Origin: Kofleriaceae bacterium
GTDB lineage: Bacteria; Myxococcota_A; Polyangia; Haliangiales; Haliangiaceae
NCBI GenBank assembly: GCA_046597055.1
Contig: JBKJLC010000237.1
Coordinates: forward strand, 64,001 to 128,000
Reading direction: 5' to 3'
DNA length: 64,000 nt
This document shows positions 1 to 11,824 of this stretch, in pieces; the first letter of the stretch is position 1, and each line of letters opens with the position of its first letter. The position numbers were made by a program, and so were the translations under genes. Under the pieces are notes generated by a model, which searched no databases, was not told the DNA's origin, and saw only the letters and a program-made list of their open reading frames with translations.

Positions 1-188
1 TGTCACCGCACGCGCGGATCGAGCCGACCGGGCCCGCCGGCGGTCCGCCGCCGAACACCCGGCCGGGGCGAACGACCACCCAGGCCGACGTCGCGACGAT
101 CGCGGCAGCCGACGACGATGGCCCGACGGTGGTGCGCAAGCCGGCCAGCTCGATGCTGCCGCCGCGGGTGCGCCCGAAGCCCGAGTGA
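1..188 (+). CDS. 3' end of a gene truncated by the window edge (Pro-rich C-terminus ...DDDGPTVVRKPASSMLPPRVRPKPE*)
   Basis: Open frame from position 3 to TGA at 186-188 with GC3-rich codons; convergent with the next gene. Confidence 0.45.
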   Translation, partial: SPHARIEPTGPAGGPPPNTRPGRTTTQADVATIAAADDDGPTVVRKPASSMLPPRVRPKPE

Positions 189-205
189 GCGCGCGGACGA
201 TGCCG

Positions 206-472
206 TCAGCGGTAGCCGGGACCGGCCGACTCGGGCGTGACCCGGACCGCGCGGATCTCGGTGACCTCGACCGCGTAGCGCTCCTTGCGCTGCGTCACCA
301 CGATGGCGACCTCCGCCGCGACCTCGATCGCGCTGACGCGGTCGATGATCAGCGCGTCGTCGCCGAAGCCGAGGTAGACCGAGCAAGCGCCGGTGTTGGG
401 GGCGAGCAGCGCGTCACCCTCCTTGCGGAAGCCCTGGCGCGTCAGGATGTCGAGGAGGTTCTTGGCCTGCAT
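206..472 (-). CDS. Small hypothetical protein (88 aa, MQAKNLLDILTRQGFRKEG...)
   Basis: C-terminal part of ORF 206..1285 with protein-like composition; ATG at 472 with TACCTT 9 nt upstream. Confidence 0.7.
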   Translation of the reverse strand: MQAKNLLDILTRQGFRKEGDALLAPNTGACSVYLGFGDDALIIDRVSAIEVAAEVAIVVTQRKERYAVEVTEIRAVRVTPESAGPGYR

Positions 473-559
473 GGCAGGCCGAAGGTAGCACCGCCGGGTC
501 CAGTCGTCGCGTCGCGCGTCGCGCCGGGGGGCCCGGCATGGATCGTCGCCGCGGTCCTG

Positions 560-1081
560 GTGGCGGCCGCGGCGTGCGCCCGGCCGCAGCCGGTTGGACC
601 CAGCGCGATGACCCAGGCCGACATCGCGGTGGCCGAGGCCGCGCTCGCCCGCCGCGAGCACGACGTGGCCCGGGCCGCGTATACCCGCGCGATCGCGCGC
701 GCCGCCGATCCGGCCAGCGCGGCGTACGCCCGGCGGGAGCTCGCCAGCATGCTGGTGCTCGTCCAGGAGCTCGCGGCCGGCGAGCGCGAGCTGGTCGCGG
801 TGACCCGGCTCGCGCCGTCCGATCCCGCCGCCTGGCACGACCTCGGGATCGTTCGCCACGCGCGCGGCGATCTGCCGGGCGCGACCGTCGCGCTCGCGCG
901 GGCCCGCGAGCTGGCGCCGCGTGATCCGCGGCCCCGGATCGCGCTGGCCGCGCTGCACTGGAAGCGCGGCGACCACGCGGCGGCGGCAACGGAGTACCGC
1001 GCGCTGCTCGAGCTCGAGCTGCCGGCCCGGGTGCGGGCCAAGGTCGAGTGGGCGCTCGCCGAGCTGGCGCGGACACCCTGA
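560..1081 (+). CDS. TPR-repeat (lipo)protein; start uncertain
   Basis: Hydrophobic stretch ending AAAC, then TPR-like helices (AWHDLGIVRHARGD, RIALAALHWKRGD). Confidence 0.65.
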   Translation: MAAAACARPQPVGPSAMTQADIAVAEAALARREHDVARAAYTRAIARAADPASAAYARRELASMLVLVQELAAGERELVAVTRLAPSDPAAWHDLGIVRHARGDLPGATVALARARELAPRDPRPRIALAALHWKRGDHAAAATEYRALLELELPARVRAKVEWALAELARTP

Positions 1082-1118
1082 TCGGGCGTCGCGCGCGCCG
1101 GTCCCGTATACTGGCGCC

Positions 1119-3653
1119 ATGTTGCGCGGCCACGTGGCCTCACTACTGTTCGCGCTGCTCGCCGTCGCGCCCGCCCCGGCCGCGGCCGATGGCGAGACCT
1201 GGGGCTTTGACTGGCTCGGCCGCATCGAGAGCGACGCGCAGGGCCTCGACAGCGAAGACCCCGAGATCCGGCTGGCCGCGGTCAACGCGCTGCGCGGCTA
1301 CGACCCGGCGCTGACCCGACGCTTCCTGCTGAAGGCGCTCGGGGACGACGAGGACGCGGTCCGGCTGGCCGCGGCCCGCGCGCTCGCTGCCGGCGGCGTC
1401 GCCGAGACGGTCCCCCGCGTGATCGAGTGGCTCGGCGAGGCCGACAGCCGCGTGCGCGGCACCGCGGCCGAGGTGCTCGGTCAGCTCGGCACCGAGGCCG
1501 GCAGCGCCGCGCTGATCCGCACCCTCGGCGACACCGACCCGGTGGTGCGGGTCAAGGCGGTCACCGCGCTCGGCGCGATCGGCGGACGCGGCGACCGCTC
1601 GGTGGTGGTGCCGCTGATCTCGCGGCTGTCCGACGACAAGACCGAGGTGCGCCGCGGCGCGATCGAGCAGCTGCGCGCGATCGGCGATCGCCGGGCGGTG
1701 GTGCCGCTGGTCGGCGCCTTCACCGACAACTCGCTCGAGGTCCGCAAGGCCGCGGTGCAGGCGGTCGGACGGCTCGGCGATCGCGCCGCGATCCCGGCCC
1801 TGATGCGCCTGCTCGGCGACCCGGTGCCCGAGATCCGGGGGCTGGCGATCGGGTCGCTCGGCGAGCTGGGCGCGGTCGAGGCGGTCGACGAGCTGATCCA
1901 GATCCTGTCGTCGTCTGGCGACCACGTCGCCAAGGCGGCGTTCGCGCTCGGCCAGATCGCCCGCCTCGGCGACCCCGAGGCCTCCCCGCTCGCGGTCGAG
2001 GCGCTGGTCGCCGCGCTGGCCGACGCCGCTCAGCGCGACGGCGCGACCGAGGCCCTGCGCGCGGCCGGGACCATCGCGGTCCCGGCCCTGGTCGCGCACC
2101 TCGACGGCCAGCTAGCCGGCGACCCCACCCGCGCGGTCAGGCTGCTCGCCGAGCTGGGCGACGCCCGCGCGACCGATGCCCTGGTCGCCGAGCTCGAGCG
2201 CGGCCGGGTCGCGGTCGCCGACGTGGTCGCGGCGCTGGCGCGGACCCGCGATCCCCGCGCGCTCATCCCGGTGCTGCGCCTGATCGCCGCTGACGATGCG
2301 ACCATCCGGCTGGCCGCGATGACCGCGATCGGCCCGCTGCTCGGCACCGATCCGCGCGCCGCCGACGCGATCGTCGAGCGGCTCGGCGACGAGGACGAGG
2401 AGATCCGCGTGCTCGCGGCCGAGTACCTGGGCCAGATCGGCGCGCGCAACGCGGTGGCGCCGCTGGTCGGGCTCGCCGGCGGCGGCAACCCGCTGCGGCT
2501 GCGTCGCGCCGCGATCGACGCCCTCGGCGGCATCGGCGATGCCCGCGCGGTGCCCGCGCTGCTCGCCGCGATCAAGGACGGCCCCGAGCCGCTGCAGCAG
2601 GCGGCGGCCGACGCGCTCAGCTACATCGGCGATCCGGGGTCGGCAACGCTCCTCGGCAAGCTCGCCGACGACCTGCGCGGGCCCGGCCGTCATCACGCGG
2701 TGCGCGCCTGGGGCGCGGTGCTGCGCGATCGACCCGAGCCGCGCACGCGGGCCCGCCTCGAGGAGCTGGCGCGGACCGCGCCGGCGCCGGTCGCGATCGC
2801 GGCGATCGGGGCGCTGGCCGCGATGGGCGACGCTGCCGCGGCCCCGACCCTGATCGCGCTGGTCGGCGCGGCCACGCCCGAGCGTCAGCGCGCCGCCGCG
2901 TGGGCGCTCGGCGAGCTCGGGGTCGCCGCGGCGGTGCCGGTCCTGGTGGCCGCGCTCGCCAGCAGCGACGACCGGGTCGCGTCCGCGGCGGCGTGGGCGC
3001 TCGGCGATCTGGCCGCGAAGCCGGCGCTGCGGGCGCAGCTCGCGCAGGTGGCCGGCCCGGCGCTGCGCCGGCTGGCCCGCCGCGGCTCGTGGGCGACCGC
3101 GATCGACGCCACCGCGACCCTCGGCCGGGCCCGGATCGCCGATGGCGCCGGCGATCTCGCGACCCTGGTCTTCCACCGTTCGCCGCTGATCCGCGCCAAC
3201 GCCGCCTGGTCGCTCGGGGCCCTCGCCGGGAGCGGCACCACGCTGCCCGCCGATGCGATCGCCGCGCTCACCCGCGCGGTCGGCGAGGATCCCAGCGCGA
3301 TCGTCCGCGTCAGCGCGGTGCGCGCGCTGGCCGCGGTGCCGGCACGACCGGCCCCGGCGACCGCCGCGATCCGGACCGCGGCCGACGCCGATCGGGCCGA
3401 GCCGGTGCGCACCGCGGCGACCAGCGCGCTGGCGGGCCGGCCCGCGACACCCGCACGCAACGAGTGGCGGGTCTTCTACGTCGTCGACGCGGCGACCACC
3501 GACAAGCTGGTGCGCGAGGAGCCCTACGTCCTGATCGGCGCCGACGGCCTGATCTGGGCGACCTACACCGACCTGCGCGGCATGGTGGTCAGCGAGCACT
3601 TCCCTGCCGGAGACGCCGCGCTCCATCCCGGCTCGTCCGACCCGACGCTGTAG
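1119..3653 (+). CDS. Exported HEAT/PBS-lyase repeat protein
   Basis: Signal peptide MLRGHVASLLFALLAVAPAPAAA, then many 'VRxxAAxALGxLG...AVPxLxxxLxD' repeats. Confidence 0.85.
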   Translation: MLRGHVASLLFALLAVAPAPAAADGETWGFDWLGRIESDAQGLDSEDPEIRLAAVNALRGYDPALTRRFLLKALGDDEDAVRLAAARALAAGGVAETVPRVIEWLGEADSRVRGTAAEVLGQLGTEAGSAALIRTLGDTDPVVRVKAVTALGAIGGRGDRSVVVPLISRLSDDKTEVRRGAIEQLRAIGDRRAVVPLVGAFTDNSLEVRKAAVQAVGRLGDRAAIPALMRLLGDPVPEIRGLAIGSLGELGAVEAVDELIQILSSSGDHVAKAAFALGQIARLGDPEASPLAVEALVAALADAAQRDGATEALRAAGTIAVPALVAHLDGQLAGDPTRAVRLLAELGDARATDALVAELERGRVAVADVVAALARTRDPRALIPVLRLIAADDATIRLAAMTAIGPLLGTDPRAADAIVERLGDEDEEIRVLAAEYLGQIGARNAVAPLVGLAGGGNPLRLRRAAIDALGGIGDARAVPALLAAIKDGPEPLQQAAADALSYIGDPGSATLLGKLADDLRGPGRHHAVRAWGAVLRDRPEPRTRARLEELARTAPAPVAIAAIGALAAMGDAAAAPTLIALVGAATPERQRAAAWALGELGVAAAVPVLVAALASSDDRVASAAAWALGDLAAKPALRAQLAQVAGPALRRLARRGSWATAIDATATLGRARIADGAGDLATLVFHRSPLIRANAAWSLGALAGSGTTLPADAIAALTRAVGEDPSAIVRVSAVRALAAVPARPAPATAAIRTAADADRAEPVRTAATSALAGRPATPARNEWRVFYVVDAATTDKLVREEPYVLIGADGLIWATYTDLRGMVVSEHFPAGDAALHPGSSDPTL

Positions 3654-3705
3654 GCGGCCGCCCCCGACCAGGCGCGAGGGAGCGCCGGCGAGGGTCCGAG
3701 CGCCG

Positions 3706-4356
3706 CTACCTGGTCGCGCGCACGGTGTACGGCGCCGAGCTGAACACGCCGGTCACGACGTCCGCCGGCCTCGCCTTGCTCGCCTCGTCGGCCTGGTAGT
3801 GGACGACGATTCGATATGTGCCCGGCTCGGTCGGCCGGTACCACTTCCACAGATCGAGCTCGGTGGTCACCGACGCGCCGGGCTCGAGCAGGCCGTACTC
3901 GGTGGCATCGTCGCGCTGGTAGTCCTTCGTCACCAGCGCGGGCTCGGTGCCAGGCGCGTCGGCCGGTTCCCAGCTGACGAACAGCTCGCGGGCGATGCTG
4001 GCGCGGTAGCCCATCGCCAGGCGCCGGTTGATGCGCAGCGGCCGTCCGCTGGTGTTCGCCACGGTGAGGCGCACCGGGAATGGCTGGCCCAGCGGAGCGA
4101 CGTCGGCCATCGACGCCTCGATCGCGAGGGCGGCGCCGGGAGTCCTGGGGGTCGGCTCTGCGTCAGGGCCCGTGGGGCTCGGCACCGCCGACTCGCCTCG
4201 GTCATGGCTGACCGGCGTCGAGGTTCCACTGCCCACGGTCGCGCCTGGCTTGGTGGTTTCCGAGGACGCACACGCCGCGACCATGGCCGCCACGACGACG
4301 ATGAAGACGATACTTGCGACGCGGTCGGGCAGCATGGGCTGCCGTGATCGTGTCAT
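3706..4356 (-). CDS. Hypothetical lipoprotein with an Ig-like beta domain
   Basis: Lipobox-like VAAC after a hydrophobic segment; Pro/Thr linker; beta-rich C-terminus (LLEPGASV...PGTYRIVVHY). Confidence 0.65.
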   Translation of the reverse strand: MTRSRQPMLPDRVASIVFIVVVAAMVAACASSETTKPGATVGSGTSTPVSHDRGESAVPSPTGPDAEPTPRTPGAALAIEASMADVAPLGQPFPVRLTVANTSGRPLRINRRLAMGYRASIARELFVSWEPADAPGTEPALVTKDYQRDDATEYGLLEPGASVTTELDLWKWYRPTEPGTYRIVVHYQADEASKARPADVVTGVFSSAPYTVRATR

Positions 4357-4436
4357 GGCGGCTGCACGACGGGATCCGCGTCGCGGCGTCGACCTGCATG
4401 CCGAGCACCAGGCCGTGAAATCGCGGCGGTCGCGTG

Positions 4437-4468
4437 AAGAGGTGTCGAGGCTTTGATCAACACCTCTT
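4437..4468. terminator. Inverted repeat / stem-loop downstream of the ECF sigma gene
   Basis: AAGAGGTGT (4437-4445) and ACACCTCTT (4460-4468) are perfect complements. Confidence 0.45.
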
Positions 4469-4512
4469 GCGGCGTGACGCGGCGACCGGGAGACCGGTCG
4501 CGGTGCCGGCGG

Positions 4513-5211
4513 TCACGCCGCCTTGGTCAGGCCCCAGTCGCGTGCCGCGAAGTCGCGGAGCTCGACCTCGAGCTGCCGGCGCGCGCGGAACAGGCGCGAC
4601 ATGACCGTGCCGATCGGCACGTCGAGGGCGTCGGCGATGTCCTTGTACTTCTCGCCGCCGAGATCGGCGCGCTGCACGACCTCGCGGTAGTCGGGCCCGA
4701 GGCGATCGAGCGCGGCGGTGACCTCGTCGGACAGGAGCGCCTCGGTTATGACCTCGGTCGGGTCGCCGGTGTGGTCCTCGATGGTGCCGTACACCGCCAT
4801 GCGCGCGTCGCCCGGGCGCTCGGCGCCAAAGCGCTGGTGGCGGCGGCGCTTGCGGTAGCCGTTGATGAAGCTGTTGGTGAGGATGCGGTACAGCCATGCA
4901 CGCACGTTCGAGCCGGGCGCGAACCGCGACCACGCGACCATCGCCCGCATCATGGTCTCCTGGACCAGGTCGCGGGCGTCGTCGGGGTTGCGGGTCAGCC
5001 GCACCGCGGTGCCCTGGAGCTCGCCGGCGAGCGGGAGGCACTCGGCCACGAAGCCGGCGTGCAGCGCGCGGTTCGCGGACGTCGGGCCAGCCGCCGGCAC
5101 CGCTTCCAGCCGGCGCGCCGAACGGGGCGCCGAGCCGGCCTTGCGGCGCAGCTCGGAGCGGGCGGGAACAGCCTTGGCGTTCTCGGTCGACACATCGGCG
5201 GTACGCGGCAT
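4513..5211 (-). CDS. ECF RNA polymerase sigma factor (SigH/SigR-like)
   Basis: Region 2 DARDLVQETMMRA...WLYRILTNSFINGYRK; region 4 YKDIADALDVPIGTVMSRLFRAR; the start may be a few codons further in. Confidence 0.9.
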   Translation of the reverse strand: MPRTADVSTENAKAVPARSELRRKAGSAPRSARRLEAVPAAGPTSANRALHAGFVAECLPLAGELQGTAVRLTRNPDDARDLVQETMMRAMVAWSRFAPGSNVRAWLYRILTNSFINGYRKRRRHQRFGAERPGDARMAVYGTIEDHTGDPTEVITEALLSDEVTAALDRLGPDYREVVQRADLGGEKYKDIADALDVPIGTVMSRLFRARRQLEVELRDFAARDWGLTKAA

Positions 5212-5223
5212 GGCAGACCACAA

Positions 5224-5239
5224 AGCAACCGGAGTGCCA
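5224..5239 (-). promoter_or_regulatory. Sigma54 (-24/-12) promoter
   Basis: Minus strand TGGCACTCCGGTTGCT matches TGGCAC-N5-TTGCW immediately upstream of the ECF gene. Confidence 0.75.
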
Positions 5240-5356
5240 TGTTCAAGCCGCTGAAACCAAAGGGGCGTATCGACGGCGTCGACGGGGTGACACACGACCG
5301 CGTCCTCTGACAGACGCGGCGGGTGCGTCACGCGACGCCCGGCGCGTGGCTCGGGG

Positions 5357-6877
5357 TCAGCGCAGCGCGATCGCGATCGCGTCGGGCAGATCGCTGGCCA
5401 TCACGCCGCGGTCGCCGAACCGGGTGGCCAGCGCGTCGCCGGCGGCGCCGTGGACCCACACGCCGAGCCGCGCGGCGGTGATCGCGGGCAGGCCCTGCGC
5501 GAGCAGCGCGCCGATCAGGCCGGCGAGCACGTCGCCCGAGCCACCGGTGGCCAGCGCCGGGCCGCCGGTCGGGTTGATGGTCACGAAGTCGCCCGCGGTG
5601 CCGTCGCAGACGAGCGTGCGCGCGCCCTTGAGCACGACCACCGCGCGCGCGGTGGCCGCGAGCTGGCGCACCGCCGCCATCCGGTCGGCCTCGACCGCCG
5701 CGGTGGTGATGCCGAGCAGTCGCGCCGCCTCACCCGGGTGCGGCGTGAGCACGACCGGGCCGGCCGCGCTGGCGACCGAGGCCAGCCCGTGCGCCCCGGC
5801 GTCGGCGAGCACCGCCAGGCCGGTCGCGTCGATCACGAGCGGGACCGCGGTCGCGAGCACGGCGTCGATCCAGCCGCGGCCTCGCGCGTCGTCGGGCATG
5901 CCGGGACCGATCACGATCGCGGCCTTGCCGGCGGCGTGGCGTCGCAACTCGGTGACGCTGGCCACCACCGCGGTCATCACCGGATCGGGCGCGGTGAGCT
6001 CGCCGGTGGCGTCGGCCGGCCCCGCCATCGTGCACAGGCCCGCGCCGGCGCGCAGCGCGGCGATCGCCGCCAGCCGGGCCGCGCCGCGCTTGCCGGGCGA
6101 GCCGCCCACCACCAGCACGTGGCCGCGCCGGCCCTTGTGATCGAGCGGGTCCGCCCGCGGCCGCCAGGCCTCGACGTCGGCGGCCTCGACCAGCGCCGCG
6201 CGGATGCTGGCGGCGTCGATCAACGCGCGCGGGATCCCGATCTCGGCGACCTCGACCGCGCCCGCCCACGCGAAGCCGGGCGCGGTCACGATGCCGAGCT
6301 TGGGCAGCGCCATCGTCACCGTGCGGTGCGCGCGGACCGCCGCGCCGAGCGGATGCCCGGTGTCGGCCGACAGCCCGGACGGCAGATCCACCGCCAGGCG
6401 CAGCCCGGGCGCGCGGTTGATGTGCTCGATCACCCGGGCCAGGTGTCCGGCGACCGGACGCGTCAGCCCGGTGCCGAGCACCGCGTCGACCACGACCCGC
6501 GCCCGCGCCAGCGCCGCCCCGAGCGCGACCAGCCCGTCGTCGGTGGCCTCGAACACCGCCCCGCCCGAGCGCTCGTGGGCGTCGAGGTGGCGGCGGGCGT
6601 CGCCGCCGACCTGCGCGCGGGCGACCACCAGGTGCGCCTCGGTCGCGATGCCCGCGGCCCGCAGCACCCGCGCGACCACGAAGCCATCCCCGCCGTTGTT
6701 GCCGCCGCCGCACACGATCACCACCAGGCGGTCGCCGGCATCGCCGAGCGCGGCCCGCACCGCGGCCGCGACCGCGCGCCCGGCGGTCTCCATCAGCACC
6801 GCGCCCGGCAGGCCGATCTGGTCGATCGTCGCCTGGTCGAGCGCGCGCATCTCGGCGGCGGTGGCGACCGGCTGCAC
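5357..6877 (-). CDS. nnr: Bifunctional NAD(P)H-hydrate epimerase/dehydratase (YjeF/Nnr)
   Basis: LMETAG, CGGGNNGGDG, HKGRRGHVLVVGGS, LTPHPGE and GGSGDVLAG motifs. Confidence 0.95.
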   Translation of the reverse strand: MQPVATAAEMRALDQATIDQIGLPGAVLMETAGRAVAAAVRAALGDAGDRLVVIVCGGGNNGGDGFVVARVLRAAGIATEAHLVVARAQVGGDARRHLDAHERSGGAVFEATDDGLVALGAALARARVVVDAVLGTGLTRPVAGHLARVIEHINRAPGLRLAVDLPSGLSADTGHPLGAAVRAHRTVTMALPKLGIVTAPGFAWAGAVEVAEIGIPRALIDAASIRAALVEAADVEAWRPRADPLDHKGRRGHVLVVGGSPGKRGAARLAAIAALRAGAGLCTMAGPADATGELTAPDPVMTAVVASVTELRRHAAGKAAIVIGPGMPDDARGRGWIDAVLATAVPLVIDATGLAVLADAGAHGLASVASAAGPVVLTPHPGEAARLLGITTAAVEADRMAAVRQLAATARAVVVLKGARTLVCDGTAGDFVTINPTGGPALATGGSGDVLAGLIGALLAQGLPAITAARLGVWVHGAAGDALATRFGDRGVMASDLPDAIAIALR

Positions 6878-6885
6878 CGGTCGAC

Positions 6886-8244
<1,359 letters not shown>

Positions 8245-8394
8245 GTGGGTGAATACCACGTCACCGCGGTGAGGGCCAGATTCGCGAGCAATGACGAAGG
8301 ATTGCACCCGCACAGGCAGCCGGCGCGGGACCCGGGGCGGGCTGTGCCGCATTCGTACGTACGCGGCGTCGGCCGGCTCGGCCATGATGAGCGG

Positions 8395-9786
8395 ATGCGC
8401 GCCTCGCTCGCCGTTCTCGTGTCGATCACCGCGCTCATCGCCTGCGGCGATGACGCGGTCGGGCCCGAGGGTCCCGACCCCATCGATCTCGCCATCCGCC
8501 TCGACCAGCTGCCCGGGACCCGGGCGACCGAGTGGATCCCACCGATGGGCTTCGACGCGCCCGACGGCTATCGGTTCTTCGACCTGCACGTCACGCTGCC
8601 GGTCGACCACGCTCGCCCCGAGGCCGGGACCTTCGAGCTCTACGGCGCGCTGATCAGCCACGATCCCGCCGCGCCGCTGGTGGTCCACGTCGGCGGTTAC
8701 GAGGCCGGCTGGAAGCGCTATGCGACCGAGCCGACCCAGATCGTCGGCGGCAACCAGCTCTCGCTCGAGTACCGGTTCTACGGCGGCTCGCGGCCGGCCA
8801 CCATCCCGTGGTCGCTGCTGCGGGTCCGGCAGGCCGCCGCCGACGAGCACGTCGTGCTCGAGACCCTGTCGGCGATCTACACCGGCCGCCGCATCGCGAC
8901 CGGCGGCAGCAAGGGCGGCGAGAACGCCCTCTTCCACCACAAGTTCTATCCCGACGACTACGACGGCATCGTCGCCTACGTCGCGCCGATCATCACCGAC
9001 TTCCCCGACCTGCGCTACGCCGGCATCCTCGACCGCATCGGCGAGGAGACCTGTCGGGCCCGGTTGCGCGGCCTGGGCCGGGTCGCGCTCGCGCGGCAAG
9101 GCATGCTCGCCAGCCGCTCGCTCGAGCAGGCCAGCTTCGGCGTGGCCGGCGTGGAACAGGCGGTCGAGACCGCGATCGTCGAGCTCGAGTTCGGCTTCTG
9201 GATGACCCAGACCGTCGACGACTGCGTCCGCGTGCCCGACCCGGCCACGGTCACCGACGACCAGCTGTGGGCCTTCATGGACGAGATCAGCTCGCCGATC
9301 GCGTACGGCGACGAGGCGCTCGCCAGCTACGGCACCCAGTACCTCTACCAGGACCACGTCGAGCTCGGCTATCCGGTGTGGATGCACGCCCACCTCGACG
9401 ACCTGCTCCGCTTCTCGTACGAGGACTGGTCGCCGTACCTGCCGCCGGGCGAGCCGATCACCTATGACCCGACCGAGGCCCGCGCGCTGGCCGCGTGGAT
9501 CGAGAACGAGGCCGAGAACATCCTGATCATCCAGGGCGAGTGGGACCCGTGGGCGGCCGGCGCACCTGTGGTCGGCGCCGGCCGCGATGCCTACCAGTAC
9601 TGGGTCCCGCGCGGCAGCCACTGGTCGGCGGGCATCGATACGCTGCCCGAGGCCGAGCGGGCGCTGGCGATCAGCCACGTGCGCCGCTGGGCCGGCGTCA
9701 CCGAGCGCTCGGCCCGGCTGGCCATCCCGGCCCCGCTGGCGCCGATGGCCTCGCGCGGCCCCGACGACCCGCGCCTGCGCCGCTGA
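8395..9786 (+). CDS. Lipoprotein serine peptidase, alpha/beta hydrolase (S37 tripeptidyl aminopeptidase / S28-like)
   Basis: Lipobox [12 protein letters not shown], nucleophile motif GGSKGG, GEWDPW and a C-terminal His (GSHW). Confidence 0.8.
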   Translation: MRASLAVLVSITALIACGDDAVGPEGPDPIDLAIRLDQLPGTRATEWIPPMGFDAPDGYRFFDLHVTLPVDHARPEAGTFELYGALISHDPAAPLVVHVGGYEAGWKRYATEPTQIVGGNQLSLEYRFYGGSRPATIPWSLLRVRQAAADEHVVLETLSAIYTGRRIATGGSKGGENALFHHKFYPDDYDGIVAYVAPIITDFPDLRYAGILDRIGEETCRARLRGLGRVALARQGMLASRSLEQASFGVAGVEQAVETAIVELEFGFWMTQTVDDCVRVPDPATVTDDQLWAFMDEISSPIAYGDEALASYGTQYLYQDHVELGYPVWMHAHLDDLLRFSYEDWSPYLPPGEPITYDPTEARALAAWIENEAENILIIQGEWDPWAAGAPVVGAGRDAYQYWVPRGSHWSAGIDTLPEAERALAISHVRRWAGVTERSARLAIPAPLAPMASRGPDDPRLRR

Positions 9787-9797
9787 GCGCGGCCTGG

Positions 9798-10790
9798 TCA
9801 GCGCGGGTGGCTGACCCGGACTTCGGCCGGGCGGACCACGACCTGGACGCCCGACGGGACGCCGTCGACGGCGACCTGGGCGCGGGCGCCGTCGGGGTAG
9901 CCGCGCGGCAGCTTGATCGTGGGCCGCACGCCGTCGGCGACCAGCCGATCGATCGCGGCGCGCGACCCGGTCAGCTCGACCTCGACCGCCGGCGGCTCGA
10001 TCGAGACCCGCGGCGCCGGTGCGCCGTCGACCAGGGCGACGACCGGGGTGGCGCCGACCCAGCTGCCCGCGATCGGCACCGTCACGACCACGGTGCCGGC
10101 CCAGTCGATGTCGACGCCGTCGGGCGGTAACAGGGTGGCCTCGAGCTCGAAGTCGGCCGAGCGCCCGTCGACCGCGATGTCCTGGGTGCGGACCTGGCTC
10201 ATCGCCGACACCACGGTCTCGGGGCCCCGCACGATCACGGTCGGTGGCTCGGCGACCACCCCGCCTTGGACCACGGCGTAGCCATAGGCCGGCCGCCCGG
10301 TCTGGACCGGCGCGACCTCGACCTCCTTGGCGACCCGGTTCTCGAACGCGAGCCGGACCGCGCGCGGCGTGATCGAGGTGACGGTCAGGCCGTCGGGCAC
10401 GTCGATCATGTCGGGCGTGATCAGGACCTCGCCGCTGCGCTTGCTGGCGTCGATCGTGATCTGGTCGAGCTCGCGCTCGTCGAACTGCTTGATGCGCCGC
10501 CAGGGACCCTTGATCGTCAGCCGGACCTCGTCGATGCGGTCGGAGACCAGCACCTTGCCCTCGGGCAGGACGTAGCGGACCCCGACCCCGGCGCGGATCT
10601 CGCGCTCCTCGTCGGACGAGCCAACCACCAGGAACACGGTCAGGGTCAGCACCAGGGCCAGCACCTTGAGGCCGAGGTGGTCGAGCAGCGCGCCGCGCAG
10701 CCAGCGCCCGACGCTGGGCCGCGGCGCCGGCTCGGGCTCGGGCCGGACCGCGGGTCGGAACGCACTCACGGTGTCGTGGCGACGGCTCAC
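9798..10790 (-). CDS. cdaR: YbbR-domain regulator of diadenylate cyclase
   Basis: N-terminal TM ([16 protein letters not shown]); repeated 'P..V.V.G' YbbR-like units; start overlaps the cdaA stop. Confidence 0.85.
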   Translation of the reverse strand: MSRRHDTVSAFRPAVRPEPEPAPRPSVGRWLRGALLDHLGLKVLALVLTLTVFLVVGSSDEEREIRAGVGVRYVLPEGKVLVSDRIDEVRLTIKGPWRRIKQFDERELDQITIDASKRSGEVLITPDMIDVPDGLTVTSITPRAVRLAFENRVAKEVEVAPVQTGRPAYGYAVVQGGVVAEPPTVIVRGPETVVSAMSQVRTQDIAVDGRSADFELEATLLPPDGVDIDWAGTVVVTVPIAGSWVGATPVVALVDGAPAPRVSIEPPAVEVELTGSRAAIDRLVADGVRPTIKLPRGYPDGARAQVAVDGVPSGVQVVVRPAEVRVSHPR

Positions 10791-11683
10791 TGGGCCCGCT
10801 CCGGAGACGTCACCGGACGCGACGCCGACTCCCGGCTGGCCTCGCCGACCGAGGCGATCGCCTTGCCGATCTCGGCCGCCGCCGCCGCCTCGACCGCGGC
10901 CCGGCCCGAGAACACGTCATGGAGCGCGCGGCGCAGGCTGACCACGTCGAGGTCCTGGGCGACCCGGCCGTGGAAGCACACCGAGATCTGGCCGCGCTCC
11001 TCGGAGACGACCAGCGCGATCGCGTCGGTGTCCTCGGTGATGCCGAGGGCGGCCCGGTGCCGGGTCCCGAGCTCGGGGCCGAGGTCGTGGGCGCGCGACA
11101 GCGGCAAGAGCGCGCGCGCCAGCTCGATCCGGCGGGTCTTGCCGATCACGACCGCGCCGTCGTGCAGCTCGTTCTCGCCGGTCGGGACGAACAGGCTGAC
11201 CAGGAGCTGGCGCGACAGCCGGGCGTCGATGCGGGTCGCGTCGTCGACGAACGGCGCCACCGCGGCGTCGCGCTCGAGCACGATGATCGCGCCGAGCCGG
11301 GCCCGCGCGAGCTGGGCCACCGCCGACACCACCACGTCGATCGTCTCGGCGGCCTCGGGCGAGCGCGAGAACGGCAGCACGCCCTGGCCGATGCGGCCGA
11401 GCGCGCGCCGGATATCCTCCTGAAACACGACGATCACGATGATGATCGAGTAGTTGATGACGTTGTCGAGCAGCCACGACACCGTGGTCAACTCGAGCCG
11501 GTCGGCGGCGTAGAACGCGGCGCCGATGAAGACGATGCCGACCACCATCTGGGCCGCCCGGGTCCCCCGGATCACCAGGAGCACGCGGTAGATGATGAGG
11601 TAGACCAGGACCAGGTCGACCGCGCTCGCGTACAGCGAGCGTGAGCCGAGGCGGTCGAGGATGCTGGCCAGCGTGTCGGGCAT
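10787..11683 (-). CDS. cdaA: Membrane diadenylate cyclase CdaA/DacA
   Basis: Three N-terminal TM segments, FQEDIRRAL, intact catalytic DGA (LHDGAVVI) and RHR (GTRHRAALG) motifs. Confidence 0.93.
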   Translation of the reverse strand: MPDTLASILDRLGSRSLYASAVDLVLVYLIIYRVLLVIRGTRAAQMVVGIVFIGAAFYAADRLELTTVSWLLDNVINYSIIIVIVVFQEDIRRALGRIGQGVLPFSRSPEAAETIDVVVSAVAQLARARLGAIIVLERDAAVAPFVDDATRIDARLSRQLLVSLFVPTGENELHDGAVVIGKTRRIELARALLPLSRAHDLGPELGTRHRAALGITEDTDAIALVVSEERGQISVCFHGRVAQDLDVVSLRRALHDVFSGRAAVEAAAAAEIGKAIASVGEASRESASRPVTSPERAQ

Positions 11684-11824
11684 GGGCGCGGCTGGGTATC
11701 TAGTCCAGAGGGGAGTCAGACCCCGTGACCGCGCCGTCCCCCTGCACGCCCAGCGCCGCTGGCGACTGCGTCGCTTCGCTCGCTGGGGCCAGGGGAATCG
11801 GACATGGCGCGGCCACGATGGGCG

